IMG/VR virus record: IMGVR_UViG_3300032219_000617
Location: 1-47,458 of that record
DNA length: 47,458 nt
Direction: 5' to 3' (one strand)
Origin: a virus
Taxonomy: Duplodnaviria > Caudoviricetes
In this document: positions 9,334 to 19,000 of the stretch, one piece after another
Layout of the letters: the number at the start of each line of letters is the position of its first letter
How positions within the stretch are numbered: position 1 is the first letter of the stretch
Translations under genes and position numbers: made by a program
The notes under the pieces: model-generated
Told to the model about the DNA's origin: nothing
Databases searched by the model: none
The model's input: the letters and a program-made list of their open reading frames with translations, nothing else

Positions 9334-9825
9334 TTATAGAAATGCTTTGATGTCACGGGGGTCGCCAGTAACTTTGCCAATGAGCTCATGGTCGTTAAAG
9401 AAGGTAAAAAGCGCCTTCCCTCGTACGCCACGGTCATCTTTAAAGTCAATTTCCCAACGGTCACCGCCCCATTTAGGCACACGAACATAGTCACCTACTT
9501 GCGCCCATGCGCCTTCTGGCCATGGCTCCATCGACTCACGCTTCCTAAAAGCCAAAGTACCGATAGCAATCACCTTACCAATCATGGTGTTCCACTTCTC
9601 GGTTTCCTTAACTTCTTCAGGAATATAGATACCGCTGGAGGTTACCTTCTCTTTTACTGCTCTCAGCTGAACGAGAACTCTAGCTCCAAACGGAGCCATA
9701 AGAGGGTCTACTTCTGGAAACGCTTCTTCAAGCGTCTGTTCTGCATCTCTAGCATCAAAGATTTTTGGGTCTAGGGGCACAGATTTATCTGCAAAGATTT
9801 GAGCCACAATGTCATTTCTCGACAT
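9334..9825 (-). CDS. groES: GroES/Cpn10-family co-chaperonin
   Basis: PFGARVLV...EKVTSSGIYIP...GKVIAIG...VGDYVRVPKWGG...FNDHELIG matches the Cpn10 pattern, including the mobile loop. Has an N-terminal extension of about 40 aa. Confidence 0.85.
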   Translation of the reverse strand: MSRNDIVAQIFADKSVPLDPKIFDARDAEQTLEEAFPEVDPLMAPFGARVLVQLRAVKEKVTSSGIYIPEEVKETEKWNTMIGKVIAIGTLAFRKRESMEPWPEGAWAQVGDYVRVPKWGGDRWEIDFKDDRGVRGKALFTFFNDHELIGKVTGDPRDIKAFL

Positions 9826-10000
9826 TTTTTTCCTCTTCTAACAATTTATCAATGGTTAACAAAACTTTTTCCAAGCTTACAAACTCACCTACAAGGCGCT
9901 GGTAACTCTCGAAACTTGTGCAGTTTCCGTTTGCCATCGCAAGCATAATTGCTTCCTTTTGCGCTTTTATTGCACCAACAAGGTCACCAACAAAGTTCAT
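9812..10000 (-). CDS. Small conserved phage protein
   Basis: 62 aa, GNCTSFESYQRLVG motif, overlap-coupled on both sides. Confidence 0.65.
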   Translation of the reverse strand: MNFVGDLVGAIKAQKEAIMLAMANGNCTSFESYQRLVGEFVSLEKVLLTIDKLLEEEKNVEK

Positions 10001-10533
10001 TAACGACCTCTAGCTGAAGGCTTTTTGCCCACAGCAATTGCTATCATGAGAGAAGGTTTCTTAGACATTCCACCCTTTTTCATGGTTGCAATTTTTGCTT
10101 TGCCAGCCTTGAAATCCACGCCAGCATTGCGTTTGTCGCCCATAGCTGGAAGCTTTGCTACCTTGCTTTCAGCCACAGCGCCACCTTTTGCGTACTTTTT
10201 GATTTTTCCACCTTTTTTGTGCTCATAATCGGTATCAGGCTTCATTCCCAAACCTTGCTTGTATAGACGACCATAGTTACGCATCCCTTTAGCCGCATCG
10301 CTTTGGTTTATGCTTTCAAGGTCAGTACCCTTAAGCGTATTGGTTTTTAATGTTCTAGCCAAACTTGCGTCAGCAGACACTTTTTGGGCTCTTGGGTCTT
10401 TCATAGCTTCAGAATAAGAAGATGAACCACCGCTTTGATACTTGCTAACTTTGCCACCCTTTTTCAAGTGTGTCTCAGCACTGGGTTGCCCCATAGCGAT
10501 ACGCTTGTGCATATTAATAAAATCGTCAGACAT
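10000..10533 (-). CDS. Basic low-complexity protein with five xxxGG motifs
   Basis: 177 aa with LKKGG, YQSGG, HKKGG, YAKGG and MKKGG. AGGAGG SD lies inside the portal 3' end. Confidence 0.7.
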   Translation of the reverse strand: MSDDFINMHKRIAMGQPSAETHLKKGGKVSKYQSGGSSSYSEAMKDPRAQKVSADASLARTLKTNTLKGTDLESINQSDAAKGMRNYGRLYKQGLGMKPDTDYEHKKGGKIKKYAKGGAVAESKVAKLPAMGDKRNAGVDFKAGKAKIATMKKGGMSKKPSLMIAIAVGKKPSARGR

Positions 10534-13072
10534 TGCGTCCTCCTAAATCAGATTGAAGTTTGTTTTGAGCATCAATGGCAGTTTGCATTTGCTCGTTCTG
10601 CAAACGGGCAGCGTCTCTTGTTAGTTCTGCTGTCTTGATTCTTTCTTCCGTAAGGTTATCTTCCGTGTTCATAAGGACTTTAGCCTGAAGCTCATTAGTT
10701 TTTTCTTGGCTAATTGCCATCATGTCTTGGCGCTTAAATTCCATGTCTGCTTGGTCTTTAGCGGTCTTACGCTGGGTTTCAGCCATAGCTGTCTCTTGCA
10801 ACGCTTTGACTTGAGCCATGACATTCGGGTCAGGCGGTACATTGCTTTGACCCTTCATCTTCTGAACGGTAGCCAGCATCTGCTGAATGATAGGCATGAC
10901 TTGCTGTTGCAGGTTCTGGGCAGAATCCATATGAACTTGTTGCGATGCAACAGAAATAAGCTTCTGAGCCTCTTGCATGATTGGCTGAATCTTCAAGATG
11001 TCGAACTTGCGTCCTAGAGCATCACTGGTGTACTTGTCTACATTGGTTAGATACCAAAGGGTCAAGTGCTGTTTGATGTGTTCTAAGGCGGCTGGGGCAA
11101 ACACAGGAGCAACAATAGGGTTAGCACCGAATACAGGGTCTTGGGCGTAGCTTATGTGGCTCAACAGGTGAGCTATATGGTCTTGGTTGGGGAATGCGCC
11201 TACAGGCTTTCCTAGGGTCATAGAGACATTCTCTAGAGCAGGGTTCATTTCCTTCACATCCGCTGGGTCAGGGAGGACTTCGTTGATGTCAGGTAACTTA
11301 ATCTGCTTCAGAATTCGTTTTTCCACCGCCAAGCGGTTATAAAGGTCAGGATTCTTTTCAGCACGAGCCGCTAACGCTTGAATCTGGGCATATCGCTGGG
11401 ATTCAGCAAAGATATGGGGGTCAGATACAGGAACGACATCGGCATTGGTAGCAAAGTCTTCTTTGGAGATAGCTAAGTCGGCTACAACTTCGCCTTTTTG
11501 CTGTTCATCCACATACCAACGGTTAAGACGAGCGAGAACCTTGAATACTCTACGCTGGGAGTCGTGTAAACGGGCGTGAATAGAGGAGAAAACTGCCGCG
11601 CCCTGCTCAATCAACGCTTGAGTTGTACCAACTGGAGCATTGGAGGTCACATTAGCAATCTTCTCTTCAGCTGTGGTAACCACGCCTTTGGCAGCGTTGG
11701 TTAACCAGCCCAGTAACTCAAAAAGAACTTGGGAAGGAGGGTTAAATGGTACTGGCATAGCAATTTTACGGACATCGTCAACGCCAGGTGCTCCTTCAAT
11801 CTCAGCAATCTGGGTTACTTCGATAGTGGTTGACTGCCCAGAAATCCTTGCTCCCTTAAGCTTGAGCATTGTTGGAGCATTGTTGATATGAGCGCTATCC
11901 ATAAGAGCACGGAGAGCGCCAGTGAGAGCAGCGCTAAGACCGCCAATAAGATGAGGAAGCCCAATGGCATAAGCGCCACGCCAAGGTATGAACTTAAACT
12001 CAATGATGTGGTCGAGTTTTGCACAAGTTTCATCGCCATTCTCCCAATTGCGGTATAAACCAACGGGTTTTTGCTCGTTTTCGTCCACCATCAGGATGTA
12101 TGGAGCTCTATCTCCCTTGGAGAACTTGTCGTCTTCTAGCTCTAGCCATGTCTGAATGTGGTAAACCATCCGCATTCCGTCAACATTGGAGGATTCTTGC
12201 TTCTTACCCTCAATCTTGTTGGTTGCTTTCTGGGATTTGGTCATCTCAGGTTCTTCAGGAACCCGATAAACATCTAAATCACGGTATAAACCACTGTCAA
12301 CACGGATGTCATACTCTTCTTGAGTGATGTCTTGCGCCTCTGTGACACGCATAGCGGTGTAAAAGTTAGCCGCTGAGTAAGGCAAGTAGATGTTGTCGAT
12401 AGGAACGAACTCAACACGAGGGCGTTTCATCTTCTCGTCATACCAAATCTTCATGTACTGCGAGCCACCAAGGGGTAGCTGGGTAAGCATTTGTTCCTGC
12501 TCGTCCCGATATTCCTCGATTTGCTCGGTTAATTGCCAGTTCATGTAGTCACGCTTGCGCTCAGCCTTAGCTGTCTTGGCTTCTGTGACTTCACCTATGA
12601 TTTTGGTACGGACAGGTCCATCAGGTGGGAACAGTTCTTTGATAGCACGGGCAGCGAAGTCTACGCAAGACTCAGCCATAACAGGGTGAACTACCTTAGA
12701 AGCGCCCATAAACTGAGCACCGCCCGGTGCGTCATCCCCAAGACCTGTCCTGCGGATACCTTCTTCGTACTTCTTGTCTCGGTCTTCACGAGCTTCCTTG
12801 TCCTTCTCAATGAGGTCAAGGTACTTCATAGCAATCTTGTCTAGCTCCCATTCTTCAATGGTTTCAGCTAGGTTTTCATAAAAATCTGGGGTTTCGCTAG
12901 GGCTCTTGAGGTCGTCTAAACGGACAATAGCCGAACCGTCAGGGAGCTCTTCAACGGTATCTCCGTTAATGTCATCAAGAATTTCTACAATTGAACCTTC
13001 AGCCTCGGTTGAATTCTCTTCAACTGGGTCTATAAAACGATTGTAATTTTGTGGAATTGGCATCTCCGCCAT
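10526..13072 (-). CDS. Portal protein (P22-like, long C-terminal helical barrel)
   Basis: 848 aa with LFPPDGPVRTKIIG, YMNWQLTEQIEEY, LPLGGSQYMKIWYD and APVGTTQALIEQG, and a Gln-rich coiled-coil C-terminus. Position is consistent. Confidence 0.88.
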   Translation of the reverse strand: MAEMPIPQNYNRFIDPVEENSTEAEGSIVEILDDINGDTVEELPDGSAIVRLDDLKSPSETPDFYENLAETIEEWELDKIAMKYLDLIEKDKEAREDRDKKYEEGIRRTGLGDDAPGGAQFMGASKVVHPVMAESCVDFAARAIKELFPPDGPVRTKIIGEVTEAKTAKAERKRDYMNWQLTEQIEEYRDEQEQMLTQLPLGGSQYMKIWYDEKMKRPRVEFVPIDNIYLPYSAANFYTAMRVTEAQDITQEEYDIRVDSGLYRDLDVYRVPEEPEMTKSQKATNKIEGKKQESSNVDGMRMVYHIQTWLELEDDKFSKGDRAPYILMVDENEQKPVGLYRNWENGDETCAKLDHIIEFKFIPWRGAYAIGLPHLIGGLSAALTGALRALMDSAHINNAPTMLKLKGARISGQSTTIEVTQIAEIEGAPGVDDVRKIAMPVPFNPPSQVLFELLGWLTNAAKGVVTTAEEKIANVTSNAPVGTTQALIEQGAAVFSSIHARLHDSQRRVFKVLARLNRWYVDEQQKGEVVADLAISKEDFATNADVVPVSDPHIFAESQRYAQIQALAARAEKNPDLYNRLAVEKRILKQIKLPDINEVLPDPADVKEMNPALENVSMTLGKPVGAFPNQDHIAHLLSHISYAQDPVFGANPIVAPVFAPAALEHIKQHLTLWYLTNVDKYTSDALGRKFDILKIQPIMQEAQKLISVASQQVHMDSAQNLQQQVMPIIQQMLATVQKMKGQSNVPPDPNVMAQVKALQETAMAETQRKTAKDQADMEFKRQDMMAISQEKTNELQAKVLMNTEDNLTEERIKTAELTRDAARLQNEQMQTAIDAQNKLQSDLGGRNV

Positions 13073-13074
13073 AA

Positions 13075-16000
13075 CTAGCCTTTCATTAACGCTAAGCGCA
13101 TTGCGTCGATATTAACATTACCGCCACTAGAGTACAGACTAGGTCTATCTAGGGAACTTGGACCTGAACCGCTTGGCATAGCTCCTGCTGAACCAGATGG
13201 CTTGGGCGTGTTGCGTATGCGCTCAAGGGTCTCTGGGAAGCCTTTGTCTGCTGGCTTACGAATCACATGGTCAACTGGATTGGGTCTTGTCTTTTCAGGG
13301 GTAGCAGGAATATTAGGAACTGGTCTCACTTTACCGCCAAATTCCATATAGACTTTACCGCCAACCGCATAGAGGGAGGGCTTGTCTAGATAGCTTGGAC
13401 CTGACCCACTGGGCATTACACCAGCCGAGCCACTTGCTCTTCTTGGTAGATTTTCCTTCTGAGTAGGGATTGGACGACCAGAACCCTTGTATGGGTCATA
13501 CTTGTTACGGTTTTCGTTGAGTTCATTTCCTTGGCGAATGCGCTCAGCGTTGTCAATCTTGAACTGCTCGTAAGGGGTAAGCTTAGGAGGTTCTCCCCCT
13601 TGGTTCATCTTACGGATAAATCCACCACGCTTACGACCTTGTGGCTCTAGCCCCATACCCTCTTCTGGTGGGCGATAGTTAGGGAAACGGAGGCTATTCC
13701 AATTGTTGACAATACTAATACCTTCTTGTCTTTGGAATGGCTCTAAGTTGGCAAACATACCAACACGCTGTTCTAATAACCTGATTAGGGCTTCACCATC
13801 AGTTGCTGGATTGTAGGTTTCGCTAGTTAATGTTCTTATTAGCCTTATATGCTCAACAGCTGGCAAAGCATTTCCAGTAGCCTCTCCGCTACCAAATAGC
13901 ACATTTGCCATTTCACGCTGAGCTGGCATTACATTGCCTGCACTGATGTTTTGCCCTGCAATTGTTTGAGATGCCAATCTCCTAACAACCTCTTGGTCAG
14001 TACGATTTAAAGCGCCCAATCCTTCTGGCTGGTTAACGCCTTGCTCTACACGGCTGAAGTGTTGCTCTGCTAGTTCAGGAGCTGGCAATTGCCTTGCACC
14101 ATTAGACAATCCATCAGAGATTAGTCGTTCTGCAACATGGTTAACTACATCTTCAGAGTAATCTTGTAACCCATAACGCATTGGGTCGGCTCTAACAACA
14201 TCAGCAAGGTTGGCTCTGGTATTAGGTGAGCGCATTACTTCCTCAATCATCATAGGATGACGGGTGCGAATTGATTCACTAGCTATGTTGTAAGCTGTTT
14301 CTAGCTCTTGTCTTATGGGGTCAACTTGTCTTTGTAATGCATTGTTGACATCATCAGCCAAGCCTCTAAGCATATTAGCCAAGACTTGGTCTTCACGGTT
14401 TCCAACCCTGTCTACGCTGTTGGCTCTGTGATGCAATGATTGAATAAATTCCACTGGATTAGTTTGTGGATTAGCTTCATTGGAAGCTACTCTTACAATC
14501 GTGTCAAAACGCTGAGAAATACCAAGATGATTCTGGTTAACTAGTTCTGAACGACGGATAATAGCATCGCTAATTTGTTGATTTTGTTGTTCAACAGGAG
14601 TTGGCAATTGAGCTACAGCTATAGCTGGCTCAGGTTGCTGGTGGAATGATTGGTTTACTAACTGTGGCAAATCAACTGTTACACGCTCAAGACGGTCAAT
14701 TAAATGCCTAATTTCATCGGCATACATGTCATGGAATTCATCACCAGCATGGTTGGTTACAACGCTATCTAGGTCATCCCGTAGATATTGGATGAACTGG
14801 GGCAGGTTTTCAGAGTTTTGGTGATAGGAATTGATTTCACGCTCAAGAACGTTTGGCAAGTTCATATAAGCGTATCTTGGGTTGTTATTAACCGTAAGGA
14901 TAGTGTCATCAATAATGTGATTGATGCGGTTAAAGTACCCATTTACATCATTTTGCTGTGGTTGCTGATTTAGATTAACAAGCCTATATATAATGTGCTG
15001 ACGGATATAATCCAATATGCGCTCTGCATCATCTTGCCTTGGAAGCAGATTCATTAAATCGGTTGGGAGATTGTCGTAGTCTGTGTAGAAATCTAAAGCA
15101 CGGTTCAATCCAGCTCGGTCAGTAGGCAAATCTCTAATTTCATTGTTGATGCTATTGGTTAGAGCATCAATTTGCCTTACTCTTTGAGCATCAGTTTGAT
15201 TGGTTGCGCTGGTTGTTTGATTAGCTATATCCCTTGGGGTTGGCATAGTGGCTGTAGGAACACTACGCTCTGTAGGCATGCTATCTAACCTAGATTGAGC
15301 GTGCTGTCTCAGATAGTTGGCTATCCGTGTAGCGTCATCAAACGAGTTTGTGTGGTCAGTAATTCTATCTGGCAAGTCATTTGGATTGCCATAAAAATCA
15401 ACTAACCCCATCAAACCAGCACGGTCAGCGTTGTTTATCTCCTCTAATTGACGGTCAATACCGTCTCTTAATGCTACAACTTGTTCAACCCGATTGGTAT
15501 TTCGTTGCCCTTCAGTTGTCATAGCTAAGTCTAAAGAAGACTGTGCTGGAGCTTGATTTTGCCTTGGAGCTGGGGTAAACATAGTTTGCCCATTCTCATC
15601 CGCAATCAGATTAGCAATGTCGTAGAACTTTGAAGCAAGCCGTTCATTACCAGCTAAAGCCTCTGCATCCGCTTCAATCCTAATGTTTCTAACCAATCCC
15701 ATTGGGTCATTGACTAGATTCTCACGCCATTGAAGAGCATTTAACCTATCCGAAATGTCTACTTCTAAAGTATGGTCTTCATGCAATGCATCCAAAATAC
15801 TGTTGGATAAAGCCTCTTGACCAGCAACCAAAGTTCTTGGTCTTGCATTAGCCAAAGCCATAGATGCAGGAGGATTGGCTGGTACTAAACGAGCTATCTC
15901 ACCTGCTAGGTTACGCAAGCCTACAGCAGTATTTGGTTCTCCACCTTCGTCTTGATAATCAGCTTGTTCATTTAGTCTGGTAACAATTCTAGCTGGATGT

Positions 16001-19000
16001 TGATAATACAATCCGCCATCTCGTGTAACTTCATTTTGAATTTCATTTAATATTTCAGCTACATCTTGCCAAGTATTTGCTGGCATATTTTGCTCTGCCA
16101 CTATTAAAGCTTCTCCATATTCCCGTAAAGAAGGTAAAGCTGTGGTTGGAGCTGGAGCTGGAGCATTACGGGCGTTTAGTATGTCAGCGTTGGCTTGGTT
16201 AATAGCTCCAGCTAGAACTCTTAAAGCGTTACGAACAGCTACAGGATTAGAAGCTTCACGAGCCTGTTCATTAAGAAAGTTTGATACCTGAACTGGACGC
16301 TCATTTACAGCAACATCCATTTGAGAACCAATAGCATTAACAAAAATATTGTTAACTTCTTGGCGTGTTGCTTCACCAAAGTTAGTGCCAATCTCGTTTA
16401 TAGTATTTTCAACAAGCTCTTCAAATTGTCTAAGCGGAATGCCTCGTTGCTGAGCAGGAGCTGTTGGAGCAGGATAAGTCAAAGCTTCATTTATTGAGCG
16501 GTCATGAATTTCTAATAAATGTTTAAAGTTTTCACGCTGAATATCATTTAAATTTGGGTCAACTTCACGAGGGTCACCATGAATAATCATGTCCCGTAAT
16601 CTGGTTCTTAAGTCTTGTGGGTCATCAATTTCTAATTCGCCAATAAAGCGTTGATAAGCTTGCCATTCTGGAGTATTGAGGTTTTCAGATGGCAACGGTG
16701 AACGGTATCCATTGCGTTGCAACACATCCGCATAATGAGCCAGCTGACCAATAGCGTCAGCATGTCTTTGCAATCCTGTTTGTAGTTCAAGCAAATCAGA
16801 GCCATTACGAAGACCAAAGTCACCAAAGCGTAAGCTTCCATCATTTATCTGGTCAATATAGCTCTGTATATTGCGGAACAGTTGATAGTCACTAATTCCT
16901 TGTGTTGCACTCGCTCTACGATTTTCACTTCTTAATATTGTTTGCAACGCTAAGCGTGGACCTTCTTCCATGTTTGTAGTGCTTGGAAGATTAGCAAACC
17001 TATTACCATCAGATACAAGACGAGATGCGTCAAGCTGACGGCTAACATTCAAGTTATCCCTGCTCAATCCTTGCATGATGATGTTGCGCTCTGTAACCTC
17101 TTTGCCAGCTGGTGGGAATCCTGAGCGCACTTCTGGAACTGGTGGATTCTCAGATATGTATTGTTTGAGGGCTTCTTGAGCCTGCTTAAAAGTAATAAAA
17201 CGGTCAAAGCCAATGGTTTTTTTAAGAATCTGTTGGACTCCAGCCCATGCTCTAGACCTCTCTTGATTATTTCTGCTAGGCAAAGGAAGATTTTTTTTAA
17301 GCCTGTTGAGCTGGTCGTTGTCATTCATGTCAAACACGCCAGAACGGGCTTCATTGCCGTCAGAAGATGTAACCTCATCCTTAACCATGTTCAATGCGTC
17401 TCTGATTGCCTCACTGTACTGAGGGTCAATTCCATCAAATTTATTGGAATGGTTCTTGTATCCGCTGACATAGCCAATGCTATATTCGTTTGTGCCATCA
17501 GCACCAGCTTGTTTATTTAGCTCAATAGTTCCTACTGGCATACCCGTCTTATCATCACGAATCATCATGATGTCTTTTTCGCCATTTTTTACAGCATCCA
17601 TATAGGAGCTAGTTCCACCTGCATTCTTGAACTTTTGCTGAGTAGCTGGGTCCATATAAGGAATGTATTGGCGGTCATCCCCAGTGAATATGTGCTTTGT
17701 TCCTCTTCCGCTACCAGAGTTTCCAATGCAATGGTCAAGGATGAAAGTCTCATCAGACAACGCCTGATTAATTTCTGCTTCAGGAGTTGCGTCATCAATC
17801 CATAAAAGCTTGGCGTTTTTACCAACCCTCATGCTCTCTGGGATGGTTTTGAGCACCTCAAGGAAGTGATTCATCACATTATTTTTGTAGTCTTTTTGGG
17901 CTAGACGAGCCGCCTTTTCTTTCTCTATCCGTGGAGCAACAATGTCAGCCATGAACTTCGTGATGGTGTGTGGCTGGGACAAGGTCGGTATCTGGTCGGG
18001 AGGAATCTCTCCCCTCATAATCTTTTGAACTAGCTCTTGAGCCAGAGGAATAATTCCAGCTCCTTTTAGCCCTTGTGCGCTGGTTTCAAAGAATGGAGCA
18101 TCTCCTGGAGTCAGGTATTCAATAGGAGATATTCTGGTTGCTCGCTTTTTCTCGCCAAACAATTGAGGGAAAAACTGTTCTTCTTCTGGTGGAATATTTT
18201 GTCTGAAATACGCAGCCTCAGCCCTTTGAATAGATGCGTCTGAAACATTCTCGTAGGCTTGGGCAATCTGGAGCTTGCGGATTTCCTCTTCGGTATCCTC
18301 AATAGCTTTACGCATAGCGCCAATCTTGTTGCTGTACTGAGCGTAGTTTGGATTGGTAGCCATAGCCACTTGCCCTGTATCTGGGTCAATCCGCCCATCT
18401 GGGTAAGGTACAACCATGCCTTCGGTTCGACCTATTTCAGCCTGTTCCGCAATCAAAGTATCCAACTCTTGGTTCTGGGTATTCAGCTTAGACACAGCGA
18501 CAGGCATCAGCTTGTCGGCTATCTCGCCTTTGGGTTCAAAGCCAGCCACTTGGCGAGCCACCTCTGTATTGGTGTCTGACTCACCAAATTTCTCAATTAG
18601 CTCTTCAGCAGGGTTCATAGTGATACCCTTTTTAGCGCTTTCAAGGAATGGGTCAGCTGGCGTTCCAATGTACTTCTGGATGATGTTTGGAATAATCTTT
18701 CTGGTTAGCAGGTTAGCGCCTTGAGCACGAGTTATGTACTCTTCCATGGACGGGATGTTAAAGCCTTGCGCCCTTGATTCTTCAATAAACTCCTGAAACC
18801 ACTTAAGCTTCATGTCTCTGACTTCAGCTGGTGGATAACCTCTTTCCAAAGCTCTCAGTGCGTCACTACCAGTAAACTCTGGTGGAAACATTTCCTTGGC
18901 TTTGGTCTCAAAGAAATTATCCTTATGCGCTTGCAATGAGCGTGAAGCTGGGGAACGGTCAGACATGTAAAGCTGTTCATAGCTATCAATGATTGCTTCA

